From Chloroflexota bacterium (GTDB lineage: Bacteria > Chloroflexota > Limnocylindria > Limnocylindrales > CSP1-4), in the NCBI GenBank assembly GCA_025935925.1, contig JAICUI010000001.1:77605-141604 (forward strand): a stretch of DNA of 64,000 nt, written 5' to 3'. The stretch's first letter is position 1, and every line of letters starts with the position of its first letter. Below are positions 9,872 to 19,607 of the stretch, in pieces. The notes under the pieces were generated by a model. It made no database searches, was not told the DNA's origin, and was given only the letters and a program-made list of their open reading frames with translations. The position numbers and the translations under genes were made by a program.

Positions 9872-11184
9872 GCGACCGCGCAACGGGCCCGGTCGACCCC
9901 CACGGGCCGCACGGCTCGACGGACCCGCACGACGGCCACGTCCACCACGAGCACGGCGTCGCGCCGCACGAACCGGACCCGGCCGCGCATGCCGACGCGG
10001 CGCACCTCGCCGCCGAGCACGCGGCGGCCCACGACCCGTCGCGCGTCCACGTCCCGCATCCCGCCCACGTCCACGCCCCGGGGGCCGCGCCCGAGCCCCA
10101 CGTCGTGGGCCCCGAGCTGCTCCGGCTCGAGGGCCTCGAGGTCCATTTCCCGGTCCGCGGCGGCGTGATCGACTCGCTGCTCCGGCGGACGCGAGGCTAC
10201 GTGCGCGCCGTCGACGGCATCGACCTCTCGATCCGGAAGGGTGAGATCCTCGCGCTCGTGGGCGAGTCCGGCTCGGGCAAGACGACGACCGGCCGGGTCG
10301 TCGTCAAGCTCACCCGCCAGACCGGCGGCCGGATCGTGTTCGAGGGCGAGGACATCTCCGAGCTCTGGGGCACCGGCCGCCTGCGACCGTACCGGCGTCG
10401 CGTGCAGCTCATCTTCCAGGACCCGTACGAGACGCTCGACCCGCGGCACACGGTCGGCGCGTTCGTCGAGGAGCCGCTCCTCGTCGGGACGAAGCGGATG
10501 CCACGCGAGGAGCGGCAGCGCCGGGTCCGCGAGGCGCTCGAGGCCGCGGGCCTGCGACCCGCGTCGGACTTCGCGGCGCGCTATCCGCACGAGCTGTCGG
10601 GCGGCCAGCGGCAGCGCGTGGTGATCGCCGGGGCGCTCGTGATGGACCCGGAGCTCGTGGTCGCCGACGAGCCGGTGTCGATGCTCGACGTCTCGATCCG
10701 GACCGAGCTCCTGCGGCTGATGCTCGACCTTCGCCGGTCCCGGGGGCTGACGTATCTGTTCATCACCCACGACCTGTCCATCGCCTGGGTGCTCGCCGAC
10801 CGGATCGCCGTGATGTACCTCGGGAAGATCATGGAGATCGGCCCCGCGGAGGAGGTCATCCGCGCGCCGCGCAACCCGTACACGCAGGCGCTCGTCTCGG
10901 TGTCGCCGTCGACCGATCCGCCGGAGCCCGGCGCGCCGGCCCGCACGATCCTCGTCGGCGAGACGCCCGACGCCGCGCAGGTGCCGCCCGGCTGCCGGTT
11001 CCATCCGCGCTGTCCGCTCGCGTTCGACCGCTGCCGGGTCGAAGAGCCACCGCTCGTCGAGGTCGGGGAGGGCCACCGGGCCGCATGCTGGCTCTCGGGC
11101 GTGGGGCCCCGTGACCTGCCCGTCATCGACGCGGTGGCGGCCGCGATCCCCGCGGGCATGCCGCCGCCGGTGGCGACGTCCTAG
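9868..11184 (+). CDS. ABC transporter ATP-binding protein (DppF/OppF/NikE-like) with His-rich ~60-aa N-terminal extension
   Basis: ATGA overlap with the previous gene. Walker A GESGSGKTT, signature LSGGQRQR. N-term is HGPHGSTDPHDGHVHHEHGVAPHEPDPAAHADAAHLAAEHAAAHDPSRVHVPHPAHVH. Confidence 0.85.
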   Translation: MSDRATGPVDPHGPHGSTDPHDGHVHHEHGVAPHEPDPAAHADAAHLAAEHAAAHDPSRVHVPHPAHVHAPGAAPEPHVVGPELLRLEGLEVHFPVRGGVIDSLLRRTRGYVRAVDGIDLSIRKGEILALVGESGSGKTTTGRVVVKLTRQTGGRIVFEGEDISELWGTGRLRPYRRRVQLIFQDPYETLDPRHTVGAFVEEPLLVGTKRMPREERQRRVREALEAAGLRPASDFAARYPHELSGGQRQRVVIAGALVMDPELVVADEPVSMLDVSIRTELLRLMLDLRRSRGLTYLFITHDLSIAWVLADRIAVMYLGKIMEIGPAEEVIRAPRNPYTQALVSVSPSTDPPEPGAPARTILVGETPDAAQVPPGCRFHPRCPLAFDRCRVEEPPLVEVGEGHRAACWLSGVGPRDLPVIDAVAAAIPAGMPPPVATS

Positions 11185-11190
11185 ACGAGG

Positions 11191-11430
11191 TCAGGGTCGG
11201 CGGCGGGCGTCCTCGTCGTCGACGTCGTCGACGCCCCACAGGCGCTTCGCGACGGCGCGCCTCTCGCGCTCCTCGGCGTTCCGACGCTCCATTGCCAGGT
11301 GGCGGCAGTGGACGCAGCGCGGGCAGCTCGGCGCCTGGACCGAGGCACGGAGCTCCATCGCCGCCGCGGCGAGCGCGACGAGGAGGATCGCCAGGACGAA
11401 CGGGTAGACGTCGATCGGTAGCTGCGGCAT
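11191..11430 (-). CDS. Small hypothetical membrane protein (1 TM plus CPRCVHC motif)
   Basis: ATG at 11428-11430. MPQLPIDVYPFVLAILLVALAAAAMEL...SCPRCVHCRH. No recognisable family. Confidence 0.35.
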   Translation of the reverse strand: MPQLPIDVYPFVLAILLVALAAAAMELRASVQAPSCPRCVHCRHLAMERRNAEERERRAVAKRLWGVDDVDDEDARRRP

Positions 11431-11607
11431 GGCGTGTCCTGGTTCCGGTCGGGCGTGCCCGGGTGCCACCCGGGACCGCTCAGCCCTGTGTCGCCACGCC
11501 CGCTCTCACCGCCATGATCCCTCCACGCGCCTCGCGCGGGATCCCATTGGCGCCCGCGCTCGCTTGCGTCGTGCTTGCGACCGGCGGCACGCACCGGCCG
11601 CGGCTCG

Positions 11608-12315
11608 CTAGCGAAGCTGCTCGGCCGCCGGCTGCTCTGCCGGTCGCGTCTCGGCGCCGCCGTCGACCACGCGCCACGCCACCCAGCCGAGCACCGCCCC
11701 GATGATCGGCGCCACGATGTAGATCCACAGCTTCGAGACGTCCCCGCCCATCACCGCGGACCCGATCGACCGTGCCGGGTTCACCGACGCGCCGCTCAGC
11801 GTCGCCGTCCCGAAGTGGATCGCGACGAGCGCGAGCGGGATGGCAAGGGCCGCGAGCGACGGAACGCGCTTGGTGGCGGCCAGGATCACGGCGATGAAGG
11901 CCGCGGTCATGATCGTCTCGATCACGATCGCGCCGGTGTCCGTGACGCCGGTGCCGGGCGCCGTGATGCCCTGCTTCACCGCGTCCTGCCCGACGGCGAC
12001 GATCACCACGGCCCCCGCCGCGAGCGCACCGATCACCTGGGCCGCGATGTAGCCCACCGCGTCGAGCGGGTTCGTCCGCCTGTCCAGCACCATCGCGATG
12101 GTGACGGCGGGGTTGTAGTGCCCGCCCGAGATGTGGCCGAACGCGAAGATCGCGGCGAGCAGCCCGAACCCGAACGAGAAGGGGACCACCAGCAGGCCCG
12201 CGACGGGCGTCGCCGACGCGTGGAACGCGCCGACCGACAGGTAGCCGATGGTGAAGAACAGGAGCGAGCCGAGCAGCTCCGCTGCATACTTCCGCGCGTC
12301 CAACCGGGCCTGCAT
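11608..12315 (-). CDS. MIP-family channel (aquaporin / glycerol facilitator)
   Basis: Two NPA boxes (HYNPAVT, VNPARS). 235 aa, six TM helices. Confidence 0.9.
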   Translation of the reverse strand: MQARLDARKYAAELLGSLLFFTIGYLSVGAFHASATPVAGLLVVPFSFGFGLLAAIFAFGHISGGHYNPAVTIAMVLDRRTNPLDAVGYIAAQVIGALAAGAVVIVAVGQDAVKQGITAPGTGVTDTGAIVIETIMTAAFIAVILAATKRVPSLAALAIPLALVAIHFGTATLSGASVNPARSIGSAVMGGDVSKLWIYIVAPIIGAVLGWVAWRVVDGGAETRPAEQPAAEQLR

Positions 12316-12426
12316 CGTCGCGACGTCCCTCCGCGCCGCGCCGCGTGCGGTCCAGCACGCCGGGCACGGCGCGGTCAGTATGCGGACCGCCTCTGGAACG
12401 CGGCAAACCGCGTTGCGCTCCGAGGG

Positions 12427-12567
12427 CTACGCCGCGAAGGCGAGCTCCGCGCGCGTCGCGTCGGGCGCGACCTCGAGACGCACGCCGCACGCCTCGCAGT
12501 CCAGCTCGCCGGTCGCGGCATCGAACGGAGCGACATCGTCGCAGAGCGGGCAATCGACGAACAGCAT
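12427..12567 (-). CDS. Putative 46-aa zinc-ribbon mini-protein (CPLC...CEAC)
   Basis: MLFVDCPLCDDVAPFDAATGELDCEACGVRLEV... GGAGG lies 9 nt upstream of the ATG. Sits upstream of the aquaporin gene. Weak support only. Confidence 0.3.
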   Translation of the reverse strand: MLFVDCPLCDDVAPFDAATGELDCEACGVRLEVAPDATRAELAFAA

Positions 12568-12692
12568 GGATCGAGCCTCCGGGCTGATGGGGTGCGTGCG
12601 GCGGGTCATGGCGCGCAGCGTCCGTCACCGCCGTGCCATCTAGGCTGTCATCGCCCGCGCCGCCATCCTGAAATTCGCCGGAGAATGCCCTC

Positions 12693-13625
12693 GTGACCGA
12701 TCCCGCCATCGACGTCCGCGGCCTCCACAAGGCCTTCGGCTCCACGGTCGCCCTCGAGGCGCTCGACCTGCACGTCGACCGGGGCGAGGTGTTCGGGTTC
12801 CTCGGGCCCAACGGCGCCGGCAAGACGACCGCCGTGAAGCTCCTCCTCGGCCTCACGCGCCCGACCCGCGGCGAGGGCACCGTGCTGGGCCGTCCCCTCG
12901 GTGACCGCGACGCGCGGCGCGACGTCGGCTACCTGCCCGAGCTGTTCCGCTACCAGGCCTGGCTCACGGCCCGCGAGGTGCTCCACCTCCACGCGCGGCT
13001 CTCGGGCCTGCCGTCCTCCGGGCGCGACGCCGAGCTCGACCGCGTGATCGACGTCGTCGGGCTGCACGGTCGGGACGACGAGCGGACGGGCGGGTTCTCG
13101 AAAGGGATGCAGCAGCGCCTCGGGCTCGCCGCCGCGCTCCTCGGCGATCCCGCGCTGGTCATCCTCGACGAGCCCACGTCCGCGCTCGATCCCGTCGGCC
13201 GCGACGATGTCCGGGCGATCATCCGCGAGGCGCAGGCGCGCGGCTCGACGGTGTTCCTCAACTCGCACCTGCTCGGCGAGGTGGAGCGGCTGTGCGACCG
13301 GGTCGCCATCGTGAACCGCGGACGTGTCGTGGCCGCGGGGGCGCTCGCCGACCTGCTCGGCGCCGCCGCCGTCCGGCTGCGCGTGACCGGCCTCGAGGAT
13401 CCCGGCGCCGTCCTGGGATCGTTCGGCCGCGTGACCGTCGAGGATGACTGGCTGGTCGTCGGTCCGCTCGAGCCGGACCGCGTGCCCGACCTCGTCGCGA
13501 CGGTCGTCGGTGCCGGCGGGCGCGTCCACGCGGTCGATCCCGGCCGGCGGTCGCTCGAGGACCTGTTCCTCGACCTCGTGCGCGACGCGTCGCCGCCGGC
13601 GCCCGACCTCGAGCCCGCGGCATGA
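12693..13625 (+). CDS. ABC transporter ATP-binding protein (ABC-2 exporter type)
   Basis: GTG start. Walker A GPNGAGKTT, signature, Walker B ILDEPTSALD. Confidence 0.85.
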   Translation: MTDPAIDVRGLHKAFGSTVALEALDLHVDRGEVFGFLGPNGAGKTTAVKLLLGLTRPTRGEGTVLGRPLGDRDARRDVGYLPELFRYQAWLTAREVLHLHARLSGLPSSGRDAELDRVIDVVGLHGRDDERTGGFSKGMQQRLGLAAALLGDPALVILDEPTSALDPVGRDDVRAIIREAQARGSTVFLNSHLLGEVERLCDRVAIVNRGRVVAAGALADLLGAAAVRLRVTGLEDPGAVLGSFGRVTVEDDWLVVGPLEPDRVPDLVATVVGAGGRVHAVDPGRRSLEDLFLDLVRDASPPAPDLEPAA

Positions 13626-14488
13626 ACCCGGGGCAGGTGGCCGTGATCGCCGGCCTGACGCTGCGGGAGGTCGCGCGGCGGCGGATCCTGTGGGTGCTCC
13701 TCGGGCTGTCGGTGGTCAGCGTCCTGCTCGTCGCGTGGGGCGTCGACCGGCGGGTGACGTACGCGCGGGCCGACGGCATCCTCGAGGTCCAGGTGCGGAT
13801 CGGCGTGAGCCAGGTCCTGATCGTGATCGCGTTCATGTTCAGCTTCGTGCTGGCGATGTCCGCGGCGTTCCTGGGCGCCCCGGCGATCGCGTCCGACATC
13901 GAGACGGGCACGGTCCACGCGATGCTCGCGCGGCCGCTCCGGCGCTCGGAGCTGCTGCTCGGCCGGTGGCTCGGGCTCGCGCTCGTCGTCGCCGGTTACG
14001 CCGTGGTCTCCGCGCTGCTCGCGATCGTCGCCGTCGGCATCGTGAGCGGCCACGTCCCGCCCGAGCCGCAGGTCGCGATCGCGTACCTCGCGTTCCAGGC
14101 GGTCGTGGTGCTCACGCTCGCGATCGCGCTCGGCACCCGGCTGCCCGCGATCGCCGCGGGCTCGATCGTCGTCGTCCTGTTCGGGCTTGCCTGGTTCGCG
14201 GGCGTCCTCGGCAACGTCGCCGTGGCCTTCGATGCGACGCCGATGGCCGCCGCCGGCGATATCGCCCGGGTCCTCGTCCCGACCGACGGCCTGTGGCGCG
14301 GCGTCATCTACGGTCTCGAGCCGCCGGTCGTCCTCGTGCTCGCGAACGCCCGCAACGCCGAGGCGCTGCGCGCCAACCCGTTCTTCGCCGCCGACCCGCC
14401 GCCGACCGAGTTCGTCGCGTGGGCGATCGGGTGGACCGTGCTCGTCCTGCTCGGCGGGATCGCGCTGTTCCGCCGCCGGGAGCTGTGA
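13622..14488 (+). CDS. ABC-2 family transporter permease
   Basis: ATGA overlap with the ATPase gene. 288 aa, six predicted TM helices. Confidence 0.8.
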   Translation: MNPGQVAVIAGLTLREVARRRILWVLLGLSVVSVLLVAWGVDRRVTYARADGILEVQVRIGVSQVLIVIAFMFSFVLAMSAAFLGAPAIASDIETGTVHAMLARPLRRSELLLGRWLGLALVVAGYAVVSALLAIVAVGIVSGHVPPEPQVAIAYLAFQAVVVLTLAIALGTRLPAIAAGSIVVVLFGLAWFAGVLGNVAVAFDATPMAAAGDIARVLVPTDGLWRGVIYGLEPPVVLVLANARNAEALRANPFFAADPPPTEFVAWAIGWTVLVLLGGIALFRRREL

Positions 14489-14495
14489 CGCCGGA

Positions 14496-16157
14496 TCAGC
14501 CGGGCAGCGGCCTCGTGTCGAACAGGTTGCTCCGGAGCATCGCGCTGCCCGACGGACGGTACGCGTTGTACACGGCCCGGAAGGTGTCGGCCGACACCGT
14601 CTTCGTGCCCGCGGACCCGTACATCACCACCTGGTACAGCCGCCCCGACACGCCCCGCCGCCGGAGGTCCAGCCGCTCGAGATCCCCGACGGCCGTCCGG
14701 CTGTCCTTCGCGAACATCGTCGAGAGCTGGCTCCGGGTCAGCGCGGTCGTCGACCACGAGAACCAGGGCGAGGCGTGGTCGTAGGGCAGCCCCGATGCCG
14801 GCTGGTCGCGAATGCCCCGGAGGTACGCGATCTTCGTGCCGGGCGTCCCCGTGCTCGAGACGAACACGTACTCGCTGTTCTCGGTCGCGCCGCCGCCGTC
14901 CGAGTGGAACACGGCATTGACGATGGCGCCGTTCGACAGCAGGACCTTGCCCGGATCCGCTGCGATCACGGCGTTCGTCGAGGCCATCTCGCCCTTCGTG
15001 CCGTGGTAGACCTGCGAGCGGGTGTCGTCGTACACGTCCCACTTCTTCGTCGGCCGCAGGTGGTACGCGGCGTAGCTCCGTGCGGTGATCGCCTGCGCAC
15101 GGAGCGCCTGCGTGGGCCACGTCGATGGCATCTCGACCGGGACGACGCCGCGCAGGTACGCGTCCATCCCGAGCGTGTTCACGACGGACACCGAGCTCGC
15201 CGCGAGCAGCACGCGCAGCGTTCCGCGGTACCGGTCGTAGTCGGACGTGCGCGTGTTGACCTGGAGGACCGTCGACGACTGCAGCGGCCGGACGACGGGC
15301 GCGCCGGTCACCGTCGCCGCGTAGAGCCTCGTCCCGTCGGCGGCGACGACCTGGGCGCGCCAGCGGGTCGTCGCGACGCCGTCGACGGTCTTCGTCTCGC
15401 GCCACGCCGTCAGCTTCGCGCCGGCGGGGAACGTCGCGCCGGCCGCCGAGCTGAGCGCCCACGTCCCCCCGCGACCGGTGATCAGCAGCGGTGCGGCCGC
15501 CGGGGCCGGGTACGCGGCGAGGACCAGGACCCGGATGGGCGTCGCCGGCGCGATCGTCGAGATCGTCGACCCCTTGTAGTACGCCGCGAGGACCTGCTCC
15601 GCCTTCTGGCCCGCCTGGGCCCGGCCCTTCGCGCCGTACTGGCTCATGCCGACGCCGTGGCCCCAGCCGCGACCGTAGAACCGGACCGTCGAGCCGAGCG
15701 TGGTGATCGACGTCGAGAACGACGGCGCGGGAAAGGGCGTCGCCGTCGGCGTCGGGACCGGGGTGGGCGTGGGAACCGGGGTGGGCGTCGGCGACGGCGA
15801 GGAGGTCGGGGTCGGCGACGGCGTCGCGCTGGGGGACGGGGCAGGGGACGGCGTGGGCGACGGCGACGCGGACGGCCCCGGCGACGGCGCTGGGGTGGGC
15901 GTCGGGACCGGCGTCGGGGCCGGCGTTGCGGTCGGTGCCTCGATCGCGGCGACGAACGGCGCGACGCGGCCGGCCGCCTCGGCGGGTCGGCCGACCGTCG
16001 CCGACGATGCGACCGGCATCGCGAGCTGCGTCCCGGCGACCGCGACGGCGAGCAGGGCATGGCCGAGCCGGCGAGCGGACGGTCGAAGGCGGCGCCAATC
16101 GAAACGCTGGGGTCGGTCGATGGCCATGCTCCGGAGTCTGGAGGTGACGGGAGGCAC
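14496..16157 (-). CDS. SpoIID/LytB domain protein with signal peptide and ~65-aa Pro/Thr/Ser-rich linker
   Basis: [18 protein letters not shown] is the SpoIID hallmark. The PT-rich linker is [17 protein letters not shown]... Confidence 0.85.
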   Translation of the reverse strand: MPPVTSRLRSMAIDRPQRFDWRRLRPSARRLGHALLAVAVAGTQLAMPVASSATVGRPAEAAGRVAPFVAAIEAPTATPAPTPVPTPTPAPSPGPSASPSPTPSPAPSPSATPSPTPTSSPSPTPTPVPTPTPVPTPTATPFPAPSFSTSITTLGSTVRFYGRGWGHGVGMSQYGAKGRAQAGQKAEQVLAAYYKGSTISTIAPATPIRVLVLAAYPAPAAAPLLITGRGGTWALSSAAGATFPAGAKLTAWRETKTVDGVATTRWRAQVVAADGTRLYAATVTGAPVVRPLQSSTVLQVNTRTSDYDRYRGTLRVLLAASSVSVVNTLGMDAYLRGVVPVEMPSTWPTQALRAQAITARSYAAYHLRPTKKWDVYDDTRSQVYHGTKGEMASTNAVIAADPGKVLLSNGAIVNAVFHSDGGGATENSEYVFVSSTGTPGTKIAYLRGIRDQPASGLPYDHASPWFSWSTTALTRSQLSTMFAKDSRTAVGDLERLDLRRRGVSGRLYQVVMYGSAGTKTVSADTFRAVYNAYRPSGSAMLRSNLFDTRPLPG

Positions 16158-16234
16158 CGGCCATGGGTCGAGGGGGCCAGGCCGTCACCCTGACGGGCGT
16201 ACCAGCATGCCACGCCGGAGGTAGCGTTCGCAGC

Positions 16235-16783
16235 ATGCTCCGGATCTATCTCGGCCACGGCGCGTCCGGCACCGCCGCCTCGATGCGGCCATGGATCGAC
16301 GGGCTGCGCGACCGGGGCTACGAGGCACACGCGCTCGACCTGCCGAAGCGCAAGGCGGAGGACGCGGTCGCGGCGTTCGAGGCGCAGGTCCCCGACGAAC
16401 CGGGCATCGTCGTCGGCGGGCACTCCTACGGCGGCCGCGTGGCGTCGCTGTCGGCGGCCGGCGTGGGACGGCCGGAGGGCGACCCGGGCCGACGCCATGC
16501 GGCGCTGGTGTGCCTCAGCTACCCGCTGCACCGGCCGGGAGCGCCGGAGACGGCGGCGGCGCGGACGGCGCACTGGCCTCGGATCGAGATCCCGTCGCTG
16601 CTGCTGTCGGGCACCGCGGATCCGTTCGCCCGGATCGAGCTCCTCGAGGCGTCGATGCCGCTCCTGCGGGACGGCCGGCTGGAGCTGTGGCCGAAGGTCG
16701 GCCACGGGCTCCTGCGGGTCGGGGACGAGGCGCTCGACCGCATCGTCGCGTTCCTCGCCGAGGTGGACGGCGCCTCGGCGTAG
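16235..16783 (+). CDS. Alpha/beta hydrolase fold protein (dienelactone-hydrolase / KANL3-like)
   Basis: GGAGGT RBS 9 nt before the ATG at 16235. Starts MLRIYLGHGASG and carries GGHSYGG. Confidence 0.7.
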   Translation: MLRIYLGHGASGTAASMRPWIDGLRDRGYEAHALDLPKRKAEDAVAAFEAQVPDEPGIVVGGHSYGGRVASLSAAGVGRPEGDPGRRHAALVCLSYPLHRPGAPETAAARTAHWPRIEIPSLLLSGTADPFARIELLEASMPLLRDGRLELWPKVGHGLLRVGDEALDRIVAFLAEVDGASA

Positions 16784-16864
16784 GGTTGCCAGCCCGCGCC
16801 GCGGGCGCTAGGCTGCGCGGCTCGCCGCCGGGCACGCGCGATCGGCCCGGCCTGGAGGTCTGCG

Positions 16865-17746
16865 ATGCCCGTCGTCCGCCGCCCCCGTCGGCCGCTGTCG
16901 CGGTTCCGCCGCACCGCTCCCGTGCTGCTCGTCGTGTGCGTGATCACGCTCGGGATCGCGATCCCGGTGCATGCCGCGAACCCGGCTCCGAAGCCCCTCC
17001 ACGTCCCGCGGCCGCCGGGTCTCGCGGAGTTCATGGGCGGCCTGGCCGAGATCGAGTCGGGCGGCAACTACGCGGCGCGCAACCGGTCCAGCGGCGCCTT
17101 CGGCAAGTACCAGATCATGCCCTTCAACTGGCCGGCCTGGGCCCAGCGGTACCTCGGCAAGCGGTCGGCGAAGCCCACCCCGGCGAACCAGGACCGCGTG
17201 GCGGCCGGGAAGCTGAGCGAGCTGTACCGCGGCCTCGGCAGCTGGGACCGCACGGCGTACTGGTGGCTCACGGGCAAGCGCGGGCCGCAGACGACGTGGT
17301 CGAAGTACGCGGCGCACTACGTCGACGGCGTCATGGTCGGCTACCGCAAGCGGAGCGCGACGCCGCCGGTCGGCGGGACGCGCCGCCTCGACGACGCGGG
17401 CGGGATCGTCCGCTACGCGGGCGCCTGGAAGACCGCGAGATACCGCGGCTACCTCGACGGGTCCGTGCACTGGGCGAAGACGCCGGGCGCGGCGGTCGGT
17501 GTCCGGTTCGTGGGCCGCGGGATCCGGATCGTGGGGCCCAAGGGGCCGACCCGGGGCCGGGTCGCGATCTACGTGGACGGGCGGCGGGTCGGCGTCGCCG
17601 ATCTGCGGTCGCGCTCGTTCCGGGCTCGCGCCGTCCTCGTGTCGATCGACTGGAAGCGGCGCGGCGAGCACTGGGTGGAGCTGCGGGTGTTGCGGGCGCC
17701 GGGGCGGCAGGTGGTCGCCATCGACTCGGTGCGGATCCGGGGCTGA
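16865..17746 (+). CDS. Secreted lytic transglycosylase-like (lysozyme-like) domain protein
   Basis: TM/signal at N-term. AEIESGGNYAARNRSSGAFGKYQIMPFNW is a transglycosylase-like motif. Confidence 0.6.
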   Translation: MPVVRRPRRPLSRFRRTAPVLLVVCVITLGIAIPVHAANPAPKPLHVPRPPGLAEFMGGLAEIESGGNYAARNRSSGAFGKYQIMPFNWPAWAQRYLGKRSAKPTPANQDRVAAGKLSELYRGLGSWDRTAYWWLTGKRGPQTTWSKYAAHYVDGVMVGYRKRSATPPVGGTRRLDDAGGIVRYAGAWKTARYRGYLDGSVHWAKTPGAAVGVRFVGRGIRIVGPKGPTRGRVAIYVDGRRVGVADLRSRSFRARAVLVSIDWKRRGEHWVELRVLRAPGRQVVAIDSVRIRG

Positions 17747-17831
17747 GGGAGGCGCGAGGGGCGCACGGCAGCGACCGCCGCCCGCCACGCCGGATAAGTG
17801 CGCGGTGAGTCGCCCTTGCCACAATGCGCGC

Positions 17832-18434
17832 ATGACCGAGATCGCCGGGGCCGAGGTCCCTCCCGTCCACCGCTGCGCATGGGCGGCATCGCCGGATCCG
17901 CTGCTGCTCGCCTACCACGACACCGAATGGGGCGTCCCCATCCGCGACGAGCGCCACCTGTTCGAGCTGCTCGTCCTCGAGGGCGCCCAGGCCGGCCTGT
18001 CGTGGAACACGATCCTCCGCAAGCGGGACGGCTACCGCGCCGCGTTCGCGGGCTTCGAGCCGGCGGCGGTCGCGGCGTTCGGCCCCGACGACATCGAGCG
18101 GCTGCTGGGCGACCCCGGCATCGTCCGCAACCGGGCGAAGGTCGAATCCGCCATCGACAACGCCAAGGCGACGCTCGCGCTGCACGAGGCGGGGACGACC
18201 CTCGTCCGCCACCTGTGGTCGTTCGTCGGTGGCGTGCAGCGGAGCAACCGGATCGAGCGCCTCGGCGACGTGCCGTCCGAGACCGACGAGTCGCGCGCGA
18301 TGAGCCGTGATCTCCGGGCGCGCGGGTTCCGGTTCGTCGGGCCGACGATCTGCTACGCGCTGATGCAGTCCGCCGGGCTCGTGAACGACCACGAGCTCGA
18401 GTGCTTCCGGCGGGGGGAGGTGGCGGAGCGCTGA
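17832..18434 (+). CDS. tag: DNA-3-methyladenine glycosylase I
   Basis: ATG in frame at 17832. YHDTEWGVP...FELLVLEGAQAGLSW...GPTICYALMQ is classic Tag. Confidence 0.9.
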   Translation: MTEIAGAEVPPVHRCAWAASPDPLLLAYHDTEWGVPIRDERHLFELLVLEGAQAGLSWNTILRKRDGYRAAFAGFEPAAVAAFGPDDIERLLGDPGIVRNRAKVESAIDNAKATLALHEAGTTLVRHLWSFVGGVQRSNRIERLGDVPSETDESRAMSRDLRARGFRFVGPTICYALMQSAGLVNDHELECFRRGEVAER

Positions 18435-18449
18435 GCCGCTGCCGGGAGG

Positions 18450-19607
18450 TCAGCTGCGGGCGCGCCAGGCGTCGCGGATCCGCATCCGGCTGCCGACCTG
18501 GAGGACGGCGCCCGCGTAGACGCGCGCGCCCACGACGAACAGCGCCCAGATCGCGACGAGCATCAGCGCGATCGACAGCACGACCTCCCACGGCTCGATC
18601 GCCCCGAGCGCGGTGCGCAGCGGGACGACCATCGGCGCGGACGGCGGGAAGAACGTCATCACGCGGGCGAGCAGCCCGTCGGGGTCCTGCGTGACGAGCA
18701 GGATCGACGCGAGGTAGCACGCCGTCGCGGTCATCGTCACCGGCATCGAGGCGTTCGATGCGTCCTCGACGCGCGACGCGAGCGATCCGAGGAAGCCCAT
18801 CGTCGTCGAGTACAGCGCGAAGCCGAGGATGAACCACGCCAGCAGCTGCACGACCGCGCCGACGGTCGTCGGCGGGAGCGCGAGGCGCCCCGTGATCTGG
18901 ACGGCGATCAGCCCGGCGCCCACGAGGACGGCGAGCTGGAACAGCGCCAGCAGCCCGATCCCGAGCACCTTGCCCATCAGGAGGTCACGGGGCCGGACGG
19001 TCGACAGGACGACCTCCACGACGCGGCTCTGCTTCTCCTCGACGACGCCCGTCAGGACCCACGTCCCGTACGAGAAGATCCCGATGAACATCAGGATGAT
19101 CCCGGCGTTGGCGAAGATCAGCGCCGTCGTGTCGGAGGCACTGGGCGGCTCGAGCGCAGTGACCTGCGGCGGCGTGAGGAGCTGCTGGACGCCCGCCGCG
19201 CGCAGCGCCTGGACGGCGCCCGTGGCGATCGCCTGGACGTCGCTCCGGGCCGACTGGTGGACGATGAGCACGCCCGGCCCCGAGAGGTCCGCCGGGACGA
19301 CGAGCGCGGCCGCGACCTGGTCGTCGCGCACGGCGGTCTCCGCCGCGGCCTGGTCGGGGAGCGTGGACACGACGACGTCGACGCCGTACGCGTCCGCGGT
19401 CTGCTCGACCGCCTGCTGCAGCCCGGCCGGCGTCGGCTCGACGAGGGCGATCTTGCGCGCCTGGTCGTTGAGCAGCAGCGAGGGCAGGACGAACCCCGCG
19501 CCGAGCAGCAGCAGCGTGAACAGCAGCGACAGCAGGTACCCGCGGCTCCGGCCGCGCTCCATGATCTCGCGCAGCGCGACGAGCCGGATCGATCGGGCCG
19601 CCCTCAC
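18450..19607 (-). CDS. ABC-2 family transporter permease
   Basis: GTG start at 19605-19607 in GTGA overlap with the upstream ATPase gene; an alternative ATG lies 15 codons in. Six or more TM helices. Confidence 0.75.
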   Translation of the reverse strand: MRAARSIRLVALREIMERGRSRGYLLSLLFTLLLLGAGFVLPSLLLNDQARKIALVEPTPAGLQQAVEQTADAYGVDVVVSTLPDQAAAETAVRDDQVAAALVVPADLSGPGVLIVHQSARSDVQAIATGAVQALRAAGVQQLLTPPQVTALEPPSASDTTALIFANAGIILMFIGIFSYGTWVLTGVVEEKQSRVVEVVLSTVRPRDLLMGKVLGIGLLALFQLAVLVGAGLIAVQITGRLALPPTTVGAVVQLLAWFILGFALYSTTMGFLGSLASRVEDASNASMPVTMTATACYLASILLVTQDPDGLLARVMTFFPPSAPMVVPLRTALGAIEPWEVVLSIALMLVAIWALFVVGARVYAGAVLQVGSRMRIRDAWRARS

